Assembly: GCF_963921235.1 (NCBI RefSeq)
Contig: NC_086097.1
Location: 190,094,001-190,158,000, forward strand
Direction: 5' to 3'
Source: Mobula hypostoma
Taxonomy: Eukaryota
DNA length: 64,000 nt
The notes under the pieces were generated by a model. It had not been told where the DNA came from. It was given only the letters and a program-made list of their open reading frames with translations, and ran no database searches. Position numbers and translations under genes: made by a program. The stretch's first letter is position 1, and each line of letters starts with the position of its first letter. Positions 45,648-57,285 of the stretch are shown piece by piece.

Positions 45648-48324
45648 CCAAAAAAATTAAGCTATTAGTCAGGCTGTATAGTTTGAGGGCTTGGCTTGAC
45701 GAGCTATCAAAGTATTTGCATGGGATTTACAATTCAATAGTATTAGGAATTTTATAGATCAGATTAGTTATAGTTTACTTCCTTAATTTGCCATTTTGAG
45801 CTCTATTCCAGGTAGGCACAGGTCTTGCTGGGAGGCTTGCTCCCCAGGAACTTGGTGCACAGCTGCAGAGACATTTTTCTGTCGTTGCACACCAGCTGCA
45901 TATTGGCAGAATGGAATCCCTAATGTGCCAAGGCATTCTGTCCAATTTCATTGCAGACAAAGCTGACTTAATTATGAGAGCTGACAAGAGAAAAAAATAT
46001 CCACATCCAGTGACTGAGAGATGCTGGATTTGCCTCCAGTAAGAGTACCTAGAAGTAGTAAAATTGGGAGCAGTGCTAACTTCCATAGTCATGCCCATTA
46101 AGCTCAGCAGCAGGTTTTCTTGTAGGAGGCTTTTGATGTTTGTACCAATTAGCACAGCAATCTCTGCCTTCAGAGAGGTTAAGGAAGCTGAGTCAGCCCG
46201 TGACCGTATAATGCAGTCCGTGCCTCCCACGATCTGACCCTACTGTTGCTCCTCTCAATGCCAATCAATGGCAAATCTACCGCAGACCATTTCTCCTCAT
46301 CTGGTTCAACATAAGGCAGCCACAATGTCACACGTTCTGAGTACCAATAACTCTCAAAATGCAGAAATTAATCTCTCATTACGTATTCTCTCAAAGTCTT
46401 TATCAGTGGCAGACAAGAAGGCAGCTGTGAGTGCTGATTGGTATTATATGTCTAAATGTTAATGAGCCCTATGAATTGCTGTTGTTTTCCCTTCTTGGTT
46501 TCAATGGCACGTTTACATGACAATTAAATAACACAGCAGTAATTTAAACATTCATATCAGTAACACGTCTCTCTAGAGGAGGTTATGCATAATCAGCCAG
46601 AACTACCCGACTTAAACCCAGAAGGCAACACTCTGCTGGTGGTATCTGAACCCAATTACATTTTCCTGGATTTCACTTCCTACTTCATCTCTATTATTTA
46701 TACCCCAACCCATATTGGTTTTCCAAATTAAAACTGCCCCCTTCCAGTCTGGACTGCTCTTGGAATTAGATTAATTGGCTGAACTGTTCTCAATCAGCCT
46801 GTCACCTGAACTTGCTCTTTGTACTCTCATTTTGCCTGTCCTAATCTTGTACCGATGAATTGGTTTAATCAACCTAAATTTTTTCATCTGTAGAGTGCAA
46901 AAAAGCCAGTTAGATTTGGACAAATGGAGAAAAATCATTCCAACAGTGGGAAGCAAGCCTGTAATCACAAAAAAAAATGGAATCACCTGCTAGCAAGCCA
47001 TCTTTGGACACAAAGATGTGTCAACCGATCACTGGTCAAATTATAATGGAGCATGAGATCCAATATTATGTGTGACATAGCACACGATGGTTCATCTTAT
47101 CTAATTTCACCCTAACTTTCTCTATGCTATTTACAATGAATGCTGTTAACAACATTAGCTCCACAATTCAAAAAAGACACTTCAACAGTAAGGCTACATA
47201 TTAAAGAGAATATAACTGACAGAGAGGTGTGCTTCAGTGGAAGTGGAATACACCTTTTGGAAATAACACCATTATTTTATGATTGTTTTAGATCTCAGAA
47301 TGTGACAGATCTACACTATTCAGAATGATAGTCTCAATCAGAGAAAGGTTGTTAGTTAGACTGACTTATTTCCTCAGAGAAATCAATTTACCTATTATGC
47401 TGTGACCTTTTGGCAGCTCTGTTTCTTTCATGCTGAGCAGCCTTATTAAAGTTTAGTTACAGCCAGGAAAGCTCAATCCACAACTTTGTTTTTTATATAT
47501 AAAAAAACAACTTTAACAGGTACTCTAGAGGGGGACTAAATTGGAAGTTGCCAGTTTTTAAGAGCACATGAATTTTAATAACAACTCTAACCTACATGAC
47601 CTTTAGCCAAATAGAATATGATTTAACAGAAATAATCTGTTCATCTTTGTAAACACACTTCTCTTTCTGACAGCTTGTTAAGCCAAGAACTGGAGCACAC
47701 CATCATTTCAGAAAGAAATAATTACCTTCATATTGTGCCACAAATACAATTTTGCCTGTCTTCATGCAGTGCTTTTAAGCTATTACTTAAACGGATTATA
47801 GATTTACCTAATTATTGGAATGGGGGAAGTGGTTATGGAAAATCAGTCAGGGTGGAGGCGGAACGAAATGTGAATCACTTTGCATTGGGATACCCAATTA
47901 TTAGTTTTGAATATTATAGATTGACACCCTTTTTTCCATGGTTTCCACAGGATTTCCACCAAATTTACAGTGAGTCCTTGTGGAAGTTTAATTGCAACGT
48001 CTTGGCACTGGAAGATAAAGATATTGCCAATAGTCAAATTCTAGGTACACTTAGCCTTTTACAAATTCTCCTTCTTTTGTGGTTGTCTTGTTACAATTTA
48101 CTGACTTGAGGATGTATTTCATTACTATTTACATTTCCCATGTTCTTGATAATTTTGTTATCCATTAACCTTTATAAACCTTAACAAAGTACAAAGTTAT
48201 TTTCAAATCCCACTTCATCCATACTAAAAATCAATTGAATCTACATTGCAGCTTTACATTGTATTATATTCTTCATATAATTATGTTCTAAAAATTTTTG
48301 TAAGCACTAATTAGGCATAAGGTA

Positions 48325-49030
48325 AGGATGAACAGACTTGGAATATTAGCTAGGATTGGTTTCTCTGGAGCTCTGGAGGCTGAGGAGAAACCTGAGGGAA
48401 GTTTATATAAGTACGAGAGGCAAAGGGCGCCCCGGTAGTACAGTGATTAGTGTGATGCTCTCACAGCTTGGGGCATTCCGATGTTGAGAGTTCAGTTCTG
48501 GTGCCGTTCTGTAAGGAGTGTGTATGTGCTCCCCATGGAATGCGTGGGTTTCTCCTGGGAGCTGCAATTTCCCCCCACAGTCTAAAGACTAACCGTGTCA
48601 ATATGAATTGTCCCGTGATTAGGTTAGGGTTAATCAGGTTTGTCGGGGGTTGTGTGGCATGACTCAAAGGGCCAGAAGGTTCCACTCTGTATCACTACTG
48701 TAAATAAATAAATAAAGGAGAGGGTAGTCAGTCAGAGTCTCGTTCCAAAGGTAGAAATGTCAAATGCTAGAAGGCATAGGTTTAAGATGAGAGGAGGAAA
48801 GTTGAAGAGGGAGATGTGTGGGGTCAGCATGTCTGTAGACAGTGAGTGGTAAGTGTTGGAATGTGCTGCTGGCTTGGAGGTGGAAGGAGACACAATAGCT
48901 GTGTTTAAGATATGTTTAGAGAGACACATGAATATAAAGGCACCGGAGGGATATGCATCAAATTCAGGCAAATGGGATTAAATTCATTTTGCATCAAGGT
49001 CAGCACAAAGGTCGTGGGACAAAGGGACTG
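48325..49030 (+). mobile_element. CR1 3' end split by a SINE
   Basis: ggattggtttctctggagctctggaggctgaggagaaacctg, resuming gagagggtagtcagtcagagtct...gctagaaggcataggtttaag. Confidence 0.7.
48425..48716 (+). mobile_element. tRNA-derived V-SINE (HE1-like)
   Basis: Same family as 40355-40647; (TAAA)n tail. Confidence 0.85.
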
Positions 49031-49224
49031 TTCCTGTGCTCTGTGTACTTTCATTTAAGCTTAAGTAAGGCCTGGTACAAGATCTAAGCTCTTGTTCAGT
49101 ATTCTATTCCTCTAGGTACAACACCTCTTTTAAATTTCAGTACTTTCTCTGTGACTTACACTTTCATTTAGAATCTTACCATTCTAATCTTTTATTTATT
49201 TCCAGATATATTTAATGTCTGTTA

Positions 49225-52200
49225 GTGGGAAGCTTTGGCTTAACAGACTTCGGCGTGATCAGGTGGGGGCACAGGTAAGAAGAGGTAAGTCATTTCCGAT
49301 TTGCCAGGAAGGAATGCTCCTCCTGTCAGTTGTGGGAATTCAGGATACCTGATGGTTAAGTCTGTGGGAAGTGCACCAAACTTTAGTACCTGACTGACCC
49401 GGGACAAGGAGTTGGATTGTTTAGGAGGCTGAAGATGTTATAGATGAGACTCCTGAAGAGGTGGTCACAACTAGTGTCCAGGCTTCAGACAGTAGATGAG
49501 TGACCAGCAGGAGAAGGAAGGAGATAGGAAGTTTGTGCATGGTTTCCCTGTGGCCATTCCCCTCAGCATCAAGTATACCTCCTTGGATACGGCTGTGGAG
49601 GGGGCTGTACATAGCGCTTCTCTCCAGACCTGAGAGCACATATAATCGAAATAACAGGATAATGGGTTGGATAGTTTAAAGTGTGTATATTTTAATGCTA
49701 GGAGTATTATAGGTAAGTGTGATGAACTTAGAGCTTGGATCAGGTCATGGAACTATGATATTATGGCGGTTACTGAAACTTGGTTGAGAGAGTGGCAGGA
49801 ATGGGTGATTAATGTACCAGGTTTTAAAGTTTTTAAAAAAGATAGAGGAAGAGATAAAGGTTAACGGGGGGAGGGGGAAGTTGCGCTACTAATCAGGGAT
49901 AATATCATAGCTGCACTCGGGAGGCACACACTGGAGGGGTCAGGCTCTGAGTCCATTTGGATAGAACTCAGGAATAGGAAGGATGCAATCACATTGTTAG
50001 GATTGTACAACAGACCCCCACCAACCCCGCCCAATAACCACCAGGACATTGAGAAACAGATAGGTAATCAGATTGAGGAAATGCGTAAAAATAATTGTTT
50101 TGTCATCATGGGTGATTTCAGCTTCCCAAATAGAAACTGGTACCCTCTTTGTGCAAGGGGTTTAGATGGAATAGAAATTGTTAAGTGTATCCAGGAGGGT
50201 TTCTTAAATCAATATACAGATGGTCCAATGAGAGAAGGGGCCAGACTAGACCTGGTGTTGGGTAATGAGCCTGGCCAGGTGACTGACCTTTCAGTGGATG
50301 AGCAGTTAGGAAACAATGACCACAACTCCTTAACTTTCAGGAGAGCCTGAGATAAGGATATGTTTCACCCTTGTGGGAGAGTTTTAAATTGGAGTAGGTC
50401 AAATTACAAGGCCATTAGGCAGGACCTAAGAAGAGTTAATTAGGAACACCTTTTCTCAGGCATGCTCACATCAGAGATACAGGGATGTTTAAAGAACAAT
50501 TGTACAGAGTTCAGGACAGGTATGTTCCTATTAGAAAAAGGGATGGATATGGAAAAATAAGAGAATCTTGGATGTCCAGAGAGCTGATGAATTAAGTCAA
50601 GCAGAAAAAGGCAAAGTATGTAAAGTTTTGGAAATTAGTTTCAAATGAAGCAAATGAGGAATATAAAAAAGCCAGAAAAGAACTCAAGAAGGGAATTAGG
50701 AAAGCCAGGAGAGCCTATGTGAAGTCCTTGGTAAGAAGGATTAAGTGAACCCCAAAGCATTCTATACGTACATCAAGAGCAAGAGGATCACTCAAGGATA
50801 AAGCAAGTAACATCTGCTTGGATGTGGAGAGTGAGTGAGGTCCTTAATGAGTACTTCACTTCAGTATTTACCAAGGAAAGGGACTTAGAGGACCAGGAGA
50901 TCAGTGCCGAGTGTATAAATATGTTAGGACATTTACAGGTCAAAGAGGAGGAAGTGTTGGGCCTCCTAATGAGTATTACGGTGGATAAGTCCCCAGTACC
51001 TGAATGGATTTACCTTAGGTTATTGAAGAAGGCAAGAGATGAGATTGCTGGGGCCTTGACCAGTATATTCATGCCCCTTTTAGCCACAGGTAAGGTTCCG
51101 GAGGACTGGTGAATGTCTAATGTTGTACCTCTATTTAAGAAGGGAACATCAGAAAATCCTAGAAACTGTAAACCCGTGAGTCTCAAGTCAGTTGTACGGA
51201 AAGTGCTTGAGAAAATTCTTAGGGATAGGATATATGATTGTTTGGAAACCCATGACCTAATTAGGGCGAGCCAGCACAGCTTTGTGTAGGACAGGACATG
51301 CCTTACCAACTTGATTGGAGTTTTTTGATGAAATGACAAGAGAGATTGATGAGGGTAGGGCAGTGGATGATGTTTACATGGGTTTTCATGAGGCATTTGA
51401 CAAAGTCCCTCATGGGAGACTAATCCAGAAGATTAAGATGCATGGGGTCTGCAGTTAATTGGCTGTTTGGATTCTGAGCTGGCTTGCGCATAGAAGACAG
51501 TGGGTAGTGGACTTACTTGAGCTGGAGATTTGTAATTAGTGGTGTTCCTCGGGGATCTGTGCTGGGACCTCCACTGTTTGTGATGTATATAAATGACTTG
51601 AGTGAAAATGTAGATGGGTGGGTTTATAAATTTGCGGATGATACCAAGATTGGTGGAGATGTGGATAGTGCAGGAGATTGACAAAGAATACAGCACAACA
51701 CGAATCACTTGCAGATATGGACAGAGAAATGGCGGATGATGTTTAACCCAGATAAATGTGACATGTTGTACCTTGGTAGGGTAAAAGCAAGGAGACAGTA
51801 CACAAAGGTGAAGATCCTTAACAGCACTGCTGAGCAGATAGACCTTGGAATCCAAGGTCATAGCCCCTTAAAAGTGGCTACACAGGTCAAGAAGACTTTT
51901 GGAATGCTTGCTTTTATCAGTTGAAGCACTGAGTTCAAAAGTCAAGAGGTTATCTTGCAACCTTATAAAACTCTGGTTGGGGCACATCTGCAGTATTGCT
52001 TACATTTCTGGTTGTCCTGCTATTGGAAGGATGTTGAAGCTTAGAGAAAGGTGCAGAAGAGGATTACCAGGATGCTGGCTGGTTTTGAAGGCACGTGCTA
52101 TCATGTGAGGCTGGATAAACCTGTGTTGTTTTCTCCGGAGTGGGGGAGACTGAAGGTAGATCTGATAGTGGCTTATAAGATTATGAGAGTCATAGATAGA

Positions 52201-52575
52201 GTACACAGAGAGTATCTGTTTCCCGGGGCTGAAATATCTAATATCAGATGACATGCATTGAAGGTGAGAGGGGGTAGGTTCAAAGGGAAATTGAGGTGTC
52301 TGGTTTTTACTCAGAGAGTAATGAATGCCTGGAATGTAATTTCCTCATGTTTGCCTGGAATGTAATGCCTGGTGTGGTGGCAGAGGCAAATATATTAGAG
52401 GCTTTTAAGAGATATTAAGGTAGGCACATGGACACAAGGAAGATGGAGGGATACGGACATTGTGTCGGAGGGATTAGTGTTTGGGTGATTTTGGTCTGCT
52501 TTTTAGCTGGTTTGGCACAAAATTGTGTGCCAAATGGTCTGTTTTTGTGCTGTTTTGTTCTTTGTTTGATGTTCA
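49225..52575 (+). mobile_element. Near full-length CR1 LINE: 5' UTR, ORF1 zinc-finger remnant (rest of ORF1 deleted), complete decayed ORF2, 3' UTR
   Basis: ECSSCQLWEFR...VCGKCTKL (CxxC..CxxC) at 49312-49383; [59 protein letters not shown]; tail gttttgttctttgtttgatgttc. Confidence 0.92.
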
Positions 52576-53639
52576 GTTTGTATTTTGTTACATCACACTC
52601 ACATTTTAATCTGTTTATCCCTCTAGTGCTACTTTACAATAGCAACTCTGTTTTAACAGTATTTCTTTGTCTATATTGCTTGGAAAAAGCCACTCTACAC
52701 ATGCAATTCAGTCTTTCCTTATTGATCAGAACAATGGGGCTAATTTCGTTCTTTGTTCAACAACTGTTTGAATAGCTTTTAATGGAATCTATCTTAACAT
52801 TATTTTGTGGCAGGGAAATCCAAGTTCCAGATATCCAATTCTAAGTACTTAGTTACATATCTGCCAATGACTCAGTTAGTGAGAGACTACAATGTCTCTG
52901 CTCACTGTACAGCGGGTTGGGTCTCAGCAAACTCCACACCACTTGTCAATCATTGGAGAGGGTAGCAGGGAAGCCCTGTGTGCATAATGACATGTTTCCC
53001 AGGTGATTGACAGAGAAATCCTGGGAGGAATTTCTTAGCTATGTTCTTTCTTAAGCTGGGGCATGGCTTCATGCCCACCTGCATGAAAATGGAGCACTGT
53101 TAAAGGATCACTAAGGTTTTCTGCGACAATGACTTGGAAAGGAAAGGTATATTTTTAAAATGTATATGAACCTTCCAGCCTACTTTCCCTTTGTTAGAAT
53201 ATATCAAAATCACCAATCAACCCCCACCCTATAATTATTCACCGAGTCCCTGATTAGGCTAGAAACATTTTTGCCTCTTGGGGTCCCCCACTGTGAGGCC
53301 TATTGCCATTTTGTAGACCAGGTGCATGGAAAGACCTCAGTGCAGCCTGGAAAGGGAGGCCACTCGTGTTGTGTCTGTGCACAACTACATGTCAATCAAA
53401 TAAAAGCATGCAAGCAGGAAGATGGCTTTAATGGGTGTATTCACATTGCAGAGAGAGAGAGAGAGACAGAACAATGTGCATGCATAGACAACAGCACAGG
53501 CACAGACAACAGATCAATAAGTAGCACTAAGGGGATGGGGGGGGGTGGTTCATTGCTGTAAAAGAAATAGATCCACACATCACAGTTTGAAAACTCCCAG
53601 GTGAGGTGATTAAGCTCCCAGAGGTACAATGTGTGACCA

Positions 53640-54510
53640 GCAAGAAGTCTGATTAAATACCGACAGTAACTTCAGTAGCTACCAATACATTCACCCTGTT
53701 ACCCTTTCCTCGGAAAGTGCAGCTTCCTCTATCTTCCCAGTTGTTAGATGTAATGTTAAATTTCATCAGGATGATTGTGATATTATCTTTGAAATATTTT
53801 TGTTGCTCACCAGGAGCTTGTTGACCATCCTTCAACTGGGAGTAAAGGATTTGTTTGGGGAGACGTGAATTAGGCATCTGAATGACAAGACAGAGTTGGT
53901 GTTGCTTTATCATGGTGGAAATGCTGTTCATGATGGCATCCTCCAGTACGCTGGTGTTGGTGCATCTGTTATTCCAGCTGATCCTCAATCTTTTGTAAGG
54001 ATCTTTGGTGGGATTGTTCCAGGGCTTTCAGGTGCTTGATTCATGACTCTGTTCCATACAGTTCTATAGGCCAAAAGTTTTGTTTAGAACTGTAGGTTGC
54101 AGTATTTAAGGACTTCTTCTTAACCTTGCATTGGCTCACTAGCACTACTTAGACATGGATCAATCTCTGAATCTGTGTCTGCTTTTGAGGAGAGAATGCT
54201 GCCAAAGTAGTGAAAATGTTCTATATTTTCGAGGGAGATATTGTCAACTTTTATGGAGGGCTGGATAAATGGCAGGTTGGGCAGTGGCTGATACAGGACC
54301 TGTGTCTTTTCAAAATAAGACCCAGAGCCTTATATGCCTTGGTAAAGGCATTCAGGATATATTGAAGGTCCTCTTTAGAGTTTGCAGTGATGGTGTTGTT
54401 ATCTGCGTATGAATGCTCCATGATTGTGGTGGTGCCGACCTTGTAATTGGCCCTGAACCAGTTGAGATTGAAAAGTCTGCTGTCCATTCTTTCTATTGCA
54501 AAGCTTGTCA
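53640..54510 (-). mobile_element. RTE-clade LINE RT C-terminal fragment
   Basis: RMDSRLFNLNWFRA..KV...EHSYADN...EDLQ.ILNAF..AYKALGL; LRISW...TNTSVLE; MPNSRLPKQILYSQLKDG. Confidence 0.85.
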
Positions 54511-55257
54511 TTGTTGCATTCCTTTTGTACCTGCTTGTTGAATTTAGGCCCTACTACTTCAAAAAAAAAATTAGCATTTGAATCAGGATTGCATGCAGTT
54601 ATTCCAAATAACTCTTATTTGTCACACATCCATAATAAGAAATGTTTTGACATTAAAGTCTGACATTACAAATTTAGTTTTTTTAATATTTTCATGATGG
54701 CATCACAATAAAATTTCTCATTCTTTCCTGTGACCTTTCCTTCATGACAGAATGTTAAGTTGTTTCAATGTTGACAACCTCGATGAAAAGAACATTGAAA
54801 AACAATTTAGAATACCAAATAAATTGAAATGTTTTCAGATTATTGCTTCATTTTAGCATACAGCTTCCATTATTTCTCCGCACTGGTTATTGTAATAGGC
54901 TCAGATTTTACTCATCAGACCCAGATGCAAAAAAGAACTGTTTCCAGTCTTTCACAATGCACAATTTAAGTAAGGAATCCTCCAGTGGTCTGAAAAAAAT
55001 GCTAAACTGTAAAAACAAGAAAGAGCTTTTCCATGACATGATGCAAATTTATTTCATTGTGCCTGCCATCCATATTTTGGACTAATTTATTTGCTTAACT
55101 GAGTCTCCACCTCCCTTTGCTAGTCTGCATACCACACTCTGCAGATTTTTAAAATCCTAGGATTTGAGTACTGTAGCTAGACATGAAGCATTCTTTGCTT
55201 CTGTTCTGTCAAACTTAGTGGTTGTTTAATAAAACAGTATCAATCTATTAGATTTTG

Positions 55258-55352
55258 AGCAACACACACAAAATTCTGGAGGAACTCAGCAGGTCAGGCA
55301 GCATCTATGGAAGAGTAAACAGTCAGGCCAAGACACTTCATCAGGACTGGAG
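55258..55352 (-). mobile_element. Short Penelope-derived insert with deleted hammerhead
   Basis: Minus strand ccagtcCTGATGAagtgtcttggcctgactgt (GAAA-CGTC lost); ttagattttga occurs on both sides (about 55249 and 55360). Confidence 0.75.
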
Positions 55353-55603
55353 AAAAAAATTAGATTTTGATTCAGATATATTTCTTTTCACTTTGAAAGA
55401 TTCCGTAAGTAATGTACTCACTTATACCTCATTGAAATATAATACAGTACATGCATATTGTAGTGCAAACAAGCTTTAACTTTTTCTGCAACTTTGCAGC
55501 GTGAGGTCAAAGGAAAAAAAATTAAAAACACTGTAGTTGTTGGAAATCCGAAACAAAATAGAAAATGCTGGCAATATATCTGTGGGAAGATGTACAGAAT
55601 TAA

Positions 55604-55785
55604 CAACACACAAATTGCTGGAGGAATTCAGCAGGCCAAGCAGCATCTATAGAAAAATTACAATTGACATTTCAGACTAAAACGTCGACTGTACTCTTTT
55701 CCGTAGATGCTGCCTGGCCTGCTGAGTTCCTCCAGCATTTGGTGTGTGTGGCTCAGATTTCCAGCACCTGCAAATTTTCTCTTGT
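55604..55785. mobile_element. Palindromic Penelope-derived element
   Basis: Inverted arms at about 55605-55672 and 55680-55749 meeting inside the hammerhead (aaaacgtcgactgt); 14-bp TSD tacaga(a/g)ttaacaa at 55593-55606 and 55786-55799. Confidence 0.85.
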
Positions 55786-55799
55786 TACAGAGTTAACAA

Positions 55800-57285
55800 A
55801 GTAATCCGGGAAATTATAGACCGGTAAATTAGACATCAGTAGTAGGTATATTATTGGAAGGAGTACTAGGAGATAAGATTTACAAGTATTTGGATAGACA
55901 GGAACTTATTAGGGAGAGGCAACATGGCTTTGTGCGTGGTTGGTCATGTTTGATCAATCTATTGGAGGTTTTCGAGGAGGTTACCAGGAAAGTGGATGAA
56001 GGGAAGGCAGTGGATGTTGTCCACATGGACTTCAGTAAGGCCTTTGACAAAGTCCCGCATGGGAGGTTAGTTAGGAAGATTCATTCACTAGGTATACATG
56101 AAGAGATGGTAAATTGGATTAGACATTGGTTCAATGGAAGAAGCCAGATGATAGTAGTGGAGGATTGCTTCTCTGGGTGGAGGTCTGTGACTAGTGGTGT
56201 ACCACAGGGATCAGTGCTGGGTCCATTGTTATTTGTTATCTATATCAATGAACTGGATGACGATGTGATAAAATGGATCAGCAAATTTGCTGATGATACA
56301 AAGATTGGAGGTGTAGTGGACAGTGAGGAAGGTTTTCAAAGCTTGCAGAGGGATTTGGACCAGCTGGAAAAATGGGCTGAAAAATGGCAGATGGAGTTTA
56401 ACGCAGACAGGAGTGAGGTATTACACTTTGGAAGGACAAACCAAGGTAGAACATACAGGGTTAATGGTAAGGCACTGAGGAGTGCAGTAGAACAGAGGGA
56501 TCTGGGAATACAGATACAAAATTCCCTAAAAGTGGCGTCACAGTTGATAGGGTCATAAAGAGAGCTTTTGGTACATTGGCCTTTATAAATCAAAGTATTG
56601 AGTATAAGAGCTAGAATGTTATGATGAGGTTGTATAAGGCATTGGTGAGGCCGAATTTGGAGTATTGTGTACAGTTTTGGTCACCAAATTACAGGAAGGA
56701 AATTAATAAGGTTGAAAGAGTGCAGAGAAAGTTTACAAGGATGTTGCCGGGACTTGAGAAACTCAGTTACAGGGAAAGGTTGAATAGGTCAGGACTTTAT
56801 TCTTTGGAGCGTAGAAAAATGATAGAAGATTTGATAGAGGTATATAAAATTATGATGGGTATAGATAGTGAATGTAAGCAGGCTAATTCCAGAGGCTAGG
56901 GGAGGAAAAACCAGAGGACATGGGTTAAGGGTGAAGGAGGAAATGTTAAAAAGGGAACATTGAGGGGGCTTCTTCACACAGAGGAGTGGTGGGAGTGTGG
57001 AATGAGCTGCCAGATGAAGTGGTAAATGTGGGCTCACTTTTAACGTTTAAGAAAAACTTGGACAGGTACATGGATGAGAGGTGTATGGAGGGATATGATT
57101 CAGATATATTTCTTTTCACTTTGATGAAAGATTCTTTAAGTAATGTAGTCACTTTACAAAAGTAATGTAGTCACTTCTGTAGTCACCAGGTGCAGGTCAG
57201 TGGGACTAGGCAGAAAAATGATTTGGCACAGCCAAGAAGGGCCAAAAGAACTATTTCTGTGCTGTAATGTTCTATGGTTCTATGG
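55800..57285 (+). mobile_element. CR1 LINE RT and 3' UTR, 5'-truncated
   Basis: ORF 55854-56558 with QHGFVRG, MDFSKAFDKVPH, SGVPQGSVLGPLLF, KFADDTK; tail gttctatggttctatgg. Confidence 0.95.

Noticed and set aside
45775..46230. 151-aa minus-strand ORF
   Set aside because: GTG start, no recognisable domain or convincing splice sites; composition fits non-coding DNA
47675..48109. 144-aa plus-strand ORF
   Set aside because: TTG start, no motif, and the Leu/Ile/Phe-rich composition expected of AT-rich non-coding DNA
52326..52366. tgcctggaatgtaat direct repeat as an insertion TSD
   Set aside because: Only about 11 bp lie between the copies inside a CR1; most simply a local duplication
6981..55785. 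Recurrent aaaatgctggaggaactcagcagg motif as a CRISPR-like array
   Set aside because: Copies are dispersed, in both orientations, with TSDs and no regular spacers; eukaryotic PLE-derived repeat
55854..56558. 234-aa RT ORF as a domesticated reverse transcriptase
   Set aside because: 5'-truncated CR1 with a TTG start, frameshifts on both sides and a normal CR1 tail
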